From IMG/VR virus record IMGVR_UViG_3300025030_000018, positions 1-61,771 of that record: DNA of 61,771 nucleotides; one strand, 5' to 3'. The DNA comes from a virus (taxonomy: Duplodnaviria > Caudoviricetes). This document shows, piece after piece, positions 1 to 7,803 of the stretch; positions within the stretch are counted from its first letter, which is position 1, and each line of letters begins with the position of its first letter. The notes under the pieces are model-generated. The model did not search any database, had not been told where the DNA came from, and saw only the letters and a program-made list of their open reading frames with translations. A program made the position numbers and the translations under genes.

Positions 1-127
1 CTAAAAGCCGGTCTCTCCCGGCTTGTCACGCCTGTTTTACACCGGCGTCCGTGTGCCCCCCGGCAGGTTATCAGTTAGTCTCTCTCTTTTCCTTGCCAGT
101 GTTTTCAGATATTTTTCTCGCAAGTTC
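1..127. repeat. Terminal direct repeat (copy 1), probably assembly overlap of a circular contig
   Basis: 1-127 identical to 61645-61771; 127 is a common assembler k-mer size. Confidence 0.95.
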
Positions 128-380
128 AGCGTTTATCTTCTCAGTCTCAGTAACAGGGCCATCGTTGAGAACTTGCAGAAAATAGGTATCTCCAAAATTG
201 TGTTTAAAGAGAAATATCCTCCCCTTACCATCGACTGCTTGAATCTTGTCGTACTTGTCGCCAGTTGAGCACCCGCTTAAAAACAGCAGCAGAACTGTAG
301 CGCCGATCACTATTTTACCCATGATCATTCACTCCTTTAATTTTTCAGGCGTTTTGCCCGATTGTACTTTCTACTCGCTC
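67..380 (-). mobile_element. Putative single-gene cassette C with conserved ends
   Basis: Minus strand GAGCG-AGTA-GAAAG-TACAA-TCGGGC-AAAAC-GCCTGA (380-345) and TAACTGATAAC (77-67) flank one ORF; the same ends occur at two other loci. Confidence 0.6.
71..328 (-). CDS. Small lipoprotein (cargo of cassette C)
   Basis: Hydrophobic signal with lipobox LLLFLSG-C; AAGGAG RBS; stop codon lies inside the TAACTGA motif. Confidence 0.7.
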   Translation of the reverse strand: MIMGKIVIGATVLLLFLSGCSTGDKYDKIQAVDGKGRIFLFKHNFGDTYFLQVLNDGPVTETEKINAELARKISENTGKEKRETN

Positions 381-397
381 CTAGTCATCATGTAACT

Positions 398-426
398 ACC
401 GTAACACATCTCCTACGGGGGTGCAA
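398..426 (-). promoter_or_regulatory. Sigma70-type promoter
   Basis: TTGCAC-17 nt-TACGGT with TGn extension, just upstream of cassette C. Confidence 0.5.
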
Positions 427-454
427 CAACTTTTTGTATCGCGGGTTACTAATT

Positions 455-1351
455 TTAGTGTGCCACTCCGATGAAGTCTAAGACCATGCCCATGCCCAAG
501 TAATCAATGCAGTATTTGTGCAGCTTCGGATGTGTCTCTTTCAACTTTACGAATCTCGGCTCCCTCTCCTGCATACACCCAAACATGCAGAACACACAGC
601 CTGTGCGGTCGTAGCCCATGTCATATATTGACGAATATTTGATCCCGGCCTTCAGGCATCGCCATATATCAGCCTCGGTCCAGATTGATAGTGGGCGGGA
701 CATGAGTTTTTTCTTTTCAAAAACATTGCACCCGGACGCCGCGTAGCTCCGCAGCCTCGCCCTACTGTCCGAGGCCATAACTCCTACGAACGGGACATCC
801 TCAGAGTCTTTGAGATGCTTGGCAAGCGGCTGCTTTTTCATGCAGGTACAGCAGGCTTCGCTGATCTTGAAAGGGGCGTCTACCAAGTAATGGTACTTCT
901 GAGGAATGACTCCTACAGTCTGGATTTTCCCTGTGTTCGGATTAACCCCTCCCCACAGTCTGAGGTTTCTCTGTGCCTCTGACTTGGTGTTTCTGCACCT
1001 GGATATAGCCATAGCTACTTCCTTGCTTATCACAGGGTAGCCGTACTTTTTGATTACTTCTCCGAAGGTCATCTTTGGGCGGAGCCAAATCACGTTCTGG
1101 ATCGTGCGGACAAACGCCAGTACCTCTGGGAACTCAAGCCCTGTGTTGACGAACACCGCCGGGACTTCAGGGTAAAGCTGTCGAACCAAGTACAGTAGAA
1201 TGGTAGAGTCCTTGCCGCCGGAGAAAGAGACATAGACCTTCCCTCCCCAAGCCTCATGCCACTCCCTGATCCTCTCTCGCGCCCATTCGATCTTCCAAAG
1301 GAGGTCCATCTCTTGACGCTGCTTGATCTCACACAGAGATGCGGACATCAA
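455..1351 (-). CDS. Phosphoadenosine phosphosulfate (PAPS) reductase family protein
   Basis: PP-loop SFSGGKDS, CC..MKK.P and RTGCxxC Fe-S motifs. Confidence 0.9.
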   Translation of the reverse strand: MMSASLCEIKQRQEMDLLWKIEWARERIREWHEAWGGKVYVSFSGGKDSTILLYLVRQLYPEVPAVFVNTGLEFPEVLAFVRTIQNVIWLRPKMTFGEVIKKYGYPVISKEVAMAISRCRNTKSEAQRNLRLWGGVNPNTGKIQTVGVIPQKYHYLVDAPFKISEACCTCMKKQPLAKHLKDSEDVPFVGVMASDSRARLRSYAASGCNVFEKKKLMSRPLSIWTEADIWRCLKAGIKYSSIYDMGYDRTGCVFCMFGCMQEREPRFVKLKETHPKLHKYCIDYLGMGMVLDFIGVAH

Positions 1352-2919
1352 TTCTCCTTTGCCAAATCAAGGATAATATCCTGAAGTCTCTTCTTCTCAC
1401 GCAACGCCGCGTACATTCGTTTTTCTTCTGCAGTGGCGTAGATGCAGGCGATGTCGATCTTGGTGTTCTGCTTGCTGCCATCGGTGCGGGCGTTGGCCTG
1501 TTGCACCTTCGCCGCCTTGACATATGGGGCGTACCAGATAGAGAGGGTAGCTGTCGTCAGGTCAAGGCCATGGGCCATGGTGTCTGGGTTGGCGAGGATA
1601 ATCCAAGGGTCGGGGAGAGTCCTGAACTCCCGGAATATTTTATTGCGCTGCGCTGGAGATGTGGCCCCTTCGACGATCGCCACTGACCACTTCTTCCTAA
1701 GCTCGGCAGCCAAGGTGTTGAGCGCCCCCGTGAACGGGACGAACACCAGCACCTTCTCGTTGTTCTCGGAGATCAACTCCTCCAGGATCTTGAGCCTCGG
1801 CCCGAAGTCGAACTTGACCATATTGCTGGAGGCGTCGTAAGCAACCCCACAGGCAATTTGTACCAATTTACTTAATAATACCGCAGCGTTAACCGCTGTG
1901 ATGGTCTGCCCGTTCAGGTCGGTCGAGGCCTGCCTGATCAACTGCTTGTAGGCTTTATCCTGCTCGGCTGAGAGTTCCGCCCGCCGGTCGATGAAACTCG
2001 GTTCCATAGTGCTGCATACCTTCCGCTCGAACCTGATGGCCGGCTTTAATACTCGCGCTACGACCTGCTCATGGCCTGGCTTAGGCAGCCACTTGAACTG
2101 CCGGAGTTGCCACATGGTCTCCTGCTTGAACGCGGTGAAGTGGCCCTTAAAGTTCTCAGGAGTAATCAATTTGCACTGGCCGAAGGCATCAGTAGGCTCG
2201 TTCGGCGTCGGGGTCCCTGTCAGCCCCCATGCGGACCTCGCAATCCCTTGGCGGTTCAGCACTTCGTTCAGTGGGGTCCACAGTACTCCGCCCTTCTTGT
2301 CTTTGGTCCTGCGGTTTTTCGCACTGCGCAGCTCGGCCAGTTCGTCCACGATGACGAGGTTGATGTCCGGCCTGGACTTCAAGGCTTCCTCGATTATGCC
2401 TACCCCATGGTGATTACAAATATAAAAATCGCAAGGCTTGGCGAGAAGGTCGAGGCGCTTTTGCCTCGGGCCGTGCAGGACAGCGAAGGTCCGGAGTGGG
2501 AAACTCTCGAAAATATTCTGCTCCCACACATCCCAGAGAGTGGAAAGCGGAGCGACGATCAGCGTCCTTTTTATCTGGCCGGCGAGGCGGAGGTAGTCCG
2601 CACCCCAGAGGGCACTCAAGGTCTTCCCAGTCCGCATCTCGGATAGGCAGTAGCAGCGGGAGTGAAGAGTAAAAAACTCCGCAGTTTCCACTTGGTACCA
2701 TCTCGGCTTATACCGCCCAGGCCACTCGTACTGCCGTCTGATCGGCGACTCAACCTTGATCCCAAGATTGTTGAGCACCCGAGCACTTTCCAGCGTGTGC
2801 GGCACAGCGACGAACCTCTCGCCTTTGATCGTCGCTTCCTTGATGTCTGGGAAGACGGCGCGGAGTTGGCTCGGGTTATTGTGCTTCAGCACAACGTGAT
2901 TGTCTAGGATGCGGATCAT
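1348..2919 (-). CDS. SNF2-family (SF2) helicase
   Basis: Walker A EMRTGKT, DE motif II (IVDELA), motif III LTGTP, HGLDL and Q...R C-terminal motifs. Confidence 0.9.
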   Translation of the reverse strand: MIRILDNHVVLKHNNPSQLRAVFPDIKEATIKGERFVAVPHTLESARVLNNLGIKVESPIRRQYEWPGRYKPRWYQVETAEFFTLHSRCYCLSEMRTGKTLSALWGADYLRLAGQIKRTLIVAPLSTLWDVWEQNIFESFPLRTFAVLHGPRQKRLDLLAKPCDFYICNHHGVGIIEEALKSRPDINLVIVDELAELRSAKNRRTKDKKGGVLWTPLNEVLNRQGIARSAWGLTGTPTPNEPTDAFGQCKLITPENFKGHFTAFKQETMWQLRQFKWLPKPGHEQVVARVLKPAIRFERKVCSTMEPSFIDRRAELSAEQDKAYKQLIRQASTDLNGQTITAVNAAVLLSKLVQIACGVAYDASSNMVKFDFGPRLKILEELISENNEKVLVFVPFTGALNTLAAELRKKWSVAIVEGATSPAQRNKIFREFRTLPDPWIILANPDTMAHGLDLTTATLSIWYAPYVKAAKVQQANARTDGSKQNTKIDIACIYATAEEKRMYAALREKKRLQDIILDLAKEN

Positions 2920-3062
2920 TGGCAGCAGCGAACGTACTGGTCGTACATATCTTCGGCGAATCGCTCCGAATCGAAGTCAAGTTCACGGTCTGCTCCGGAC
3001 TCCGCGGCGTAAATATCCAACAACTCTTCATTTTCTTCGTACCACTCTTCGAAATCCTTCAT
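2916..3062 (-). CDS. 48-aa highly acidic protein (not in ORF track)
   Basis: MKDFEEWYEENEELLDIYAAESGADRELDFDSERFAEDMYDQYVRCCQ; GGAG-rich RBS; ATGA overlap with helicase start. Confidence 0.7.
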   Translation of the reverse strand: MKDFEEWYEENEELLDIYAAESGADRELDFDSERFAEDMYDQYVRCCQ

Positions 3063-3129
3063 ACCTCTCCCTCCCTCCTCAAAAAGTCATACTTCTGAGT
3101 ATGTTTTCGGCCAGGTCTTTAAACGACAG

Positions 3130-3509
3130 GTTTTCAGTTAGTATCAGGCATGGTGCCTGACATTATTTTTTAAAAATATAGTCGTAATCATCACCGTATA
3201 CCTCGCGCCGTACTTCCTCTAAAACTTCCCCGAACGGCGGCTTCTTTTTAAGAAGTGCCCAATTATGCCCGTATCGCTCGATCATCCTCTTTGAGACTTC
3301 GTCGTCAATACTTTCTTCGCGGCCAGCGGCAGACTCGAACATTTCGTATTCCTGTTCAATGCGAGAGTCCATTTGGAAAAACCTTTCTTTTAGTTCTTCC
3401 ACCGACCTACTGGAGCTAAGTATGTAGCCGATGTGTTCTGTGTCTTTTTTATTCAAGTCATGCTCCTTTTTCGAGATTGCAAAATCTCGATACTACTTTC
3501 TTATCGTTC
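3130..3509 (-). mobile_element. Putative single-gene cassette A with conserved ends
   Basis: GAACG-ATAA-GAAAG-TAGTA-TCGAGATT-TTGC-AATCTCGA (3509-3471); TCAGGCA-CCA-TGCCTGA-TAC-TAACTGAAAAC (3160-3130). Confidence 0.6.
3163..3456 (-). CDS. Hypothetical charged helical protein (cargo of cassette A)
   Basis: 97-aa ORF, TTG start after AAGGAG, visibly AT-richer than neighbours. Confidence 0.65.
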   Translation of the reverse strand: MNKKDTEHIGYILSSSRSVEELKERFFQMDSRIEQEYEMFESAAGREESIDDEVSKRMIERYGHNWALLKKKPPFGEVLEEVRREVYGDDYDYIFKK

Positions 3510-3842
3510 AGCCTTAACCTTCTCCAGCCACTCTTGAAACGCTTTCAGCGTTGCCTCGCCGTCAACGACAAACACCGCGCCTCCCGAGGAGGCGATTGCA
3601 GAAATCTGCAAAGCCTGCAGTCCACTCGGCTTCTTGCCGAGGGCCTTTGCCTCGATAGCAAAGAACATGCCCAGATAGTGCCCGACTACGTCCGGGAGGC
3701 CTCCGATCGACATCGCCCCCTGCACCGCAGGATACCAGTACCCGTCAGCCTTCTCAAACGTGCCGGCCTTGGCCGCGGACAAAATATCATACTCGGCGAG
3801 GAGGGCGTAGATCAGCCGCTTCGTGCCCCCTTCAGGGGTCAT
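3501..3842 (-). CDS. VRR-NUC domain nuclease (Holliday-junction resolvase-like)
   Basis: TPEG...GLPDVVG...FFAIEAK...LQ...GG.VFVVD pattern. Confidence 0.85.
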   Translation of the reverse strand: MTPEGGTKRLIYALLAEYDILSAAKAGTFEKADGYWYPAVQGAMSIGGLPDVVGHYLGMFFAIEAKALGKKPSGLQALQISAIASSGGAVFVVDGEATLKAFQEWLEKVKAER

Positions 3843-4057
3843 ACGCCCTCCACCACAGCCATGCCCTTATCTCCTATCTGCAGACACAGTCTGGACATGA
3901 TCTGACCTCCATAGTAGACTAGCCACTTGTCGGTATCAGGCAGGTGATCTTCTGGGGACACCACGACTACGCCACGCTCACCGTTCGGATGGACGATGTA
4001 GTCCCCAACGTAAACGTCGTTGCCGGCGTAGTCAGTCCAAGGGGCTTTTCTTTTCAC
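3839..4057 (-). CDS. Hypothetical protein
   Basis: 72-aa ORF overlapping both neighbours by 4 nt. Confidence 0.6.
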   Translation of the reverse strand: MKRKAPWTDYAGNDVYVGDYIVHPNGERGVVVVSPEDHLPDTDKWLVYYGGQIMSRLCLQIGDKGMAVVEGV

Positions 4058-4566
4058 TTCACCACCTCCATCAAGTAAACCGCCTGAGACTTGGCATCGT
4101 CGAGTGCGTTGTGTGCCGTGCCTTGGTACGACCGGTCGATCTTAGGATACATGGCTCTCACCGTGCGGAAACACCTGTCGTTCCTGAACGACCAAGGAGC
4201 AGTCAGGCCCAGGCGGTCGTAAGCCGAGCGGAGGATAACGTTATCAAAGGCTACGCCGTTGCCCCAGACTGGCACATCCTCGCCGGCGGACTGCACCCAC
4301 GCCTTGAACAAGCGAAGTACGAAGTCAATGTCCTTCCCCGGCCTCTTAAACGCCGCCCGGGCCTCATCGCTCTGCTGCATCCACCAGAGGATAGTCGAGG
4401 CGTCAACGGTGCCGCCGGCCTTCATTGCCGAGTCGAGGTCAACGACCTCATAAAACTCCCGGCCGATGGTCTTGGTGTCGAGGGAGAACTCGACCCCTCC
4501 TATGGCTATTATGGCTGCGTCTGGGCGGTTGCCCATTGTTTCTAAATCTGTCATGATGTCGGTCAC
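4054..4566 (-). CDS. DEDDh 3'-5' exo(ribo)nuclease (RNase AS-like)
   Basis: DLET, T..WW, WGNG..FD, HNALDDA motifs. Confidence 0.85.
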   Translation of the reverse strand: MTDIMTDLETMGNRPDAAIIAIGGVEFSLDTKTIGREFYEVVDLDSAMKAGGTVDASTILWWMQQSDEARAAFKRPGKDIDFVLRLFKAWVQSAGEDVPVWGNGVAFDNVILRSAYDRLGLTAPWSFRNDRCFRTVRAMYPKIDRSYQGTAHNALDDAKSQAVYLMEVVK

Positions 4567-4579
4567 TTACTTCCTCCTC

Positions 4580-4723
4580 TCAATAGTCGTAAAAATCGTA
4601 GTCAGGCTCCCCCGCCCAGTCGTCATCGGCGAAGTAGTCTTCGTCCTCATCGATGACCTTGTACGCCGGGTCCTCGGCGTTATCGTATTTTTCTTGAGCG
4701 CGGTCGAAGCGTTGTTGGTTCAT
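4580..4723 (-). CDS. 47-aa highly acidic/aromatic protein (not in ORF track)
   Basis: MNQQRFDRAQEKYDNAEDPAYKVIDEDEDYFADDDWAGEPDYDFYDY; AAGGAGG RBS. Confidence 0.65.
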   Translation of the reverse strand: MNQQRFDRAQEKYDNAEDPAYKVIDEDEDYFADDDWAGEPDYDFYDY

Positions 4724-4737
4724 TTGGGGGGCCTCCT

Positions 4738-4899
4738 TTATTCATCGTTTTGGCAGTGGCAGCGGTCGCTGATAGCCCCGCAGTAGACGCAAATGCCCTC
4801 AGTCGTTTTCTCAATGAACTCCATCCGGTCCTCATCGTTCTGGAAAGACTTCAGAAGTTCGTTGATCTGTTCGGCTTGTTTTATAATCAGTAGGTTCAT
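4738..4899 (-). CDS. Small Cys-rich hypothetical protein
   Basis: Start re-called at MNLL (ATGA overlap); C-terminal CxxC..CxC. Confidence 0.6.
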   Translation of the reverse strand: MNLLIIKQAEQINELLKSFQNDEDRMEFIEKTTEGICVYCGAISDRCHCQNDE

Positions 4900-5588
4900 C
4901 TCCTTCCCCCTTTGCCACAATGGGCACATGAAGCAACTTCGCACCAGCCTCGGCACAAGCCGCTGGGTTTCGGGTCAAATCGCTCAGTCCGCCATGCGGA
5001 CTTCATCCTCTCCACCCATCCGAGGATCTCCTCCCACATCGCTGGGATATCTTCTTTCGAGAAGACGCCGTCTTTCGGAGTCACCGCGTCGTGCTTCAGC
5101 CAGATGTACTTGGTAACGAAGGTCTCGATCTCTGGGTGCTTGAGCGCCAAGAAGCAGGCGTTGATCTTGAGCTGGAGGGAGTCCTCACGGATGCCACCAG
5201 TTTTCCAATCTAAGCATGTGATCTTGTTATCTTTTTTCAGACTAACATCAATTTTACACCTGCCGTAAGCCGTCTTGTCGAACCACTTTACGAACTTCAT
5301 GTTCTCGTCGATCGCCAGTTCCTGCTCGGCGAAGAGGGTGCCTCCGGATGACTCAAGAATCCTGCAATACTTCTCGCCGCGGGTGTAGCCTGCCGGCAGC
5401 GGGGTCTTCTTGAGAAGCCGGTCCTCGAGATGCTTGTGCTCGATTGTCCCCTGCTTCATGGCCTCGATCTCCCGGTACGGGATCGTGACATAGAACCGCT
5501 TGGCTGCATAACTTAGTGGGCACGTAATGTAGTCAGCGATAGCTGATGGAGACCAGGAGAAGTTCTTGCCTACGGCGTTTTTTAGCAT
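4896..5588 (-). CDS. PD-(D/E)XK (RecB/Cas4-like) exonuclease
   Basis: WSPS...CP, G...H, E..D..DWKTG, QL, C-terminal CxxC....C. Confidence 0.85.
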   Translation of the reverse strand: MLKNAVGKNFSWSPSAIADYITCPLSYAAKRFYVTIPYREIEAMKQGTIEHKHLEDRLLKKTPLPAGYTRGEKYCRILESSGGTLFAEQELAIDENMKFVKWFDKTAYGRCKIDVSLKKDNKITCLDWKTGGIREDSLQLKINACFLALKHPEIETFVTKYIWLKHDAVTPKDGVFSKEDIPAMWEEILGWVERMKSAWRTERFDPKPSGLCRGWCEVASCAHCGKGGRR

Positions 5589-5604
5589 TTGGGGTCCTTG
5601 GTTT

Positions 5605-6376
5605 GTTATCAGTTACAATCGGGCATGATGCCTGACATATTTTTAACCGTGGTAATCGACGGTGACACAGATCCAGTCTTCTTTGGGCGTCACCTTTTCG
5701 GCATACTCTTTTCTGTAGTTTTTAAGTTTGCCCGCCCACTCTGACACCGCCGACAGAACCTTTTTGTCCCATGTGGTATCAACATGATTGACGCCATTCC
5801 ACATTGAGTCAGACAGCATAAACTTTGCCTCCATCTTCTTGTCATCGTAATCAAGCCCAGCTATGATAACCCTTGAACATGTCAGATTTTCCGGGATTTC
5901 ATCAACTCGGCAGATGTCACAAGAAAGGAGGTCGTTGCTATCGTATTGATTATTTGAATGGGCGAACAGCGGACATGCCACAATCTCACCATTTTCAGTG
6001 GGGAAGAACTCGTTCCAGATGTTGTCAACTAGGGGGATTTGACTTTTCGGCTCAAGCGACTGCTTGCCAGCCTGAATCCCTGATACCGTCACCTTGTTTT
6101 CTTGCAGCTTCACATAAAACTTCTCTAACGATTCCGCGTTATATGTGCATTTTTCCTTCGTTCCGGCCCACCTCCCACCAATAACAAACCAATCCCAAAA
6201 CGAGTGACCTGAGTGGTCTTCGCTTTCCTCGTTATTCTCACTAAACGGCAGCATGATCTCTTCAATTGACTTGCTGATATCTTTGGTTTTGGGCATGATA
6301 ATTTCGCAATGATAGTGCATGTTTTTCGCTCCTTTTTGTTCGGGCGTCATTGCCCGATACTACTTTCCTATCGCTC
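5605..6376 (-). mobile_element. Putative single-gene cassette B with conserved ends
   Basis: GAGCG-ATAG-GAAAG-TAGTA-TCGGGC-AATGAC-GCCCGA (6376-6340); TCAGGCA-TCA-TGCCCGA-TTG-TAACTGATAAC (5635-5605). Confidence 0.6.
5643..6320 (-). CDS. Hypothetical phage protein with WDWxxIGGRW...VDYH motifs (cargo of cassette B)
   Basis: Start re-called at MHYHCE after AAGGAG; AT-richer than core genes. Confidence 0.7.
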   Translation of the reverse strand: MHYHCEIIMPKTKDISKSIEEIMLPFSENNEESEDHSGHSFWDWFVIGGRWAGTKEKCTYNAESLEKFYVKLQENKVTVSGIQAGKQSLEPKSQIPLVDNIWNEFFPTENGEIVACPLFAHSNNQYDSNDLLSCDICRVDEIPENLTCSRVIIAGLDYDDKKMEAKFMLSDSMWNGVNHVDTTWDKKVLSAVSEWAGKLKNYRKEYAEKVTPKEDWICVTVDYHG

Positions 6377-6533
6377 ACCCAATCCTCACAGTATTCCCAT
6401 GGTCGTTATACATCTCAACCTCGGAGACGGGTTCAAACTCAGGCTCGTCCTCGCCTTGCCAGTCCACCAAGCACTCCACCTCCATGTCCGGAGGGAATTC
6501 TTTCAGTTTGTCTATCAGGTCTTGGACTTTCAT
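6375..6533 (-). CDS. 52-aa acidic protein (not in ORF track)
   Basis: MKVQDLIDKLKEFPPDMEV...; GGAGGAG RBS; its stop overlaps the cassette B end. Confidence 0.7.
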   Translation of the reverse strand: MKVQDLIDKLKEFPPDMEVECLVDWQGEDEPEFEPVSEVEMYNDHGNTVRIG

Positions 6534-6793
6534 TTAGGCTCCTCCAACAACTCTCCTCCAAAGATTTTCCTTTGCCCAAGGCGCACTACTTCGCCGAAGT
6601 CTTTGCCTGCGGCGGCAGCCATCAAGGACATCTTGGCCGCATTCACTTCGACCTGGATGGACTTGTTAATAGCCTCCATGCCTTCAATGACGCACGTAGC
6701 CCGGTCCGCCGGCATAGCGCCCTCTTTAACCGCCATCATCACTTCCAATATCAGTTTTCTGGAATCTCCAACAGTTTCAACTATGTCTTTCAT
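6530..6793 (-). CDS. Hypothetical helical protein paired with upstream repeat protein
   Basis: 87-aa ORF, AAGGAG RBS, overlaps upstream gene. Confidence 0.7.
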   Translation of the reverse strand: MKDIVETVGDSRKLILEVMMAVKEGAMPADRATCVIEGMEAINKSIQVEVNAAKMSLMAAAAGKDFGEVVRLGQRKIFGGELLEEPK

Positions 6794-7412
6794 TGACTGT
6801 CTCCTTTAATTGTTTTAATGCTCGATGTAATAGCAGTTGTGCTTTTTTGGCTTCGTACAGTTCGGTTGGCATATTTGCGGCGGATATGCCCATCGCCTTT
6901 GCAACATATCTAGGAAGTAATTCATGTATTGCGTGTGCCTGCCACATTCTGTAGTGGTCTCGTAATCGCTCCCTATTATTTATGTTCCAGGCCTTTTTCG
7001 CCTCTTTTGTACCCTCGTAGTACCTTCTCCTATACTTCTGCAAATACTCCGTATTATTTTCGCGCCATTTTTTCCTGTACGCAATATTACGGTCTTTATT
7101 CGTAGCCTGATATTCTTTATACCGATCCTTATTCTCCGCGTAGTATCTTCGGCCGTACTCCCTCGCCTGGTCCTTATTCGCCTCCCGATACTGTTTTTTG
7201 CGGGCACTGATCTGGTCCTTGTTTGCTTCTCTCCACGCCTTACTACGATCAAGTAGCTGCTCCTTGTTCTTTAAGTAATAATCTTTTCGGTGAGCAAGTA
7301 TCTGCTCCTTGTTCTTTAAATAGGCGGCTCTTGCCTGAGCACTTAGCTTGTCCTTGTGCTTCTCCCGGTACTCTCGCCTGTACGCTGCTTTTTCTTCTGG
7401 AGTTTTTGCCAT
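6777..7412 (-). CDS. Basic protein with about 15-aa (Y/W)RExNK(D/E) repeats
   Basis: Repeats such as YLKNKEQ, WREANKDQ, YREANKDQ; no HNH motif visible. Confidence 0.75.
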   Translation of the reverse strand: MAKTPEEKAAYRREYREKHKDKLSAQARAAYLKNKEQILAHRKDYYLKNKEQLLDRSKAWREANKDQISARKKQYREANKDQAREYGRRYYAENKDRYKEYQATNKDRNIAYRKKWRENNTEYLQKYRRRYYEGTKEAKKAWNINNRERLRDHYRMWQAHAIHELLPRYVAKAMGISAANMPTELYEAKKAQLLLHRALKQLKETVNERHS

Positions 7413-7492
7413 TAGTAATATCCTCGAAAGAAATTCACCCTCGCTTTCAGTCCAGGAGTTAACCGTCCGCGAGGGTGTTTGCGCACGGTCTG

Positions 7493-7521
7493 ATAGTAAC
7501 CCGTTTGACTTAGTACTGCAA
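7493..7521 (-). promoter_or_regulatory. Sigma70-type promoter for the 7412-6530 gene pair
   Basis: TTGCAG-17 nt-TACTAT in an intergenic gap. Confidence 0.6.
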
Positions 7522-7552
7522 CTGTTTTGTTTCTTGGGTTACAGATTTATTA

Positions 7553-7789
7553 TTAGCTGTCAACGTTCAGCCGGGCAGACAGATCCCCTTCCTCAACTTC
7601 ACAAAGGGTGTACCACTCTCTTTCAATCCCTCGTCGGCCTCCCCCCGCGAGTATGTGGGTTTTCGTCCTGTCGTCTACCTCCAAACTTTTTAGGTCCTCC
7701 AACGCGGGGCGCTTGGCGAACGCCATAACAAAATACTCTCCATACTGGTCATAGTCGTTCACTTCGTAAGTAATTACGAATAATTTCAT
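7553..7789 (-). CDS. Hypothetical protein
   Basis: 78-aa ORF with AAGGAGG RBS. Confidence 0.65.
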   Translation of the reverse strand: MKLFVITYEVNDYDQYGEYFVMAFAKRPALEDLKSLEVDDRTKTHILAGGGRRGIEREWYTLCEVEEGDLSARLNVDS

Positions 7790-7803
7790 TTACTTCCTCC
7801 TTA

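Noticed and set aside
1-127. Biological direct terminal repeat
   Set aside because: The length equals a common assembler k-mer and it cuts through a gene; better explained as circular overlap.
67-6376. Cassette ends as hammerhead ribozymes
   Set aside because: CUGA and GAAA are present, but the core reads CUGAUAA/CUGAAAA rather than CUGANGA and the three-stem topology cannot be built.
67-6376. Cassette ends as integron attC, Xer pdif or complete group II introns
   Set aside because: There is no RYYYAAC...GTTRRRY palindromic attC after the genes, no XerD arm (TTATGTTAAAT-like), and no domain V or RT ORF.
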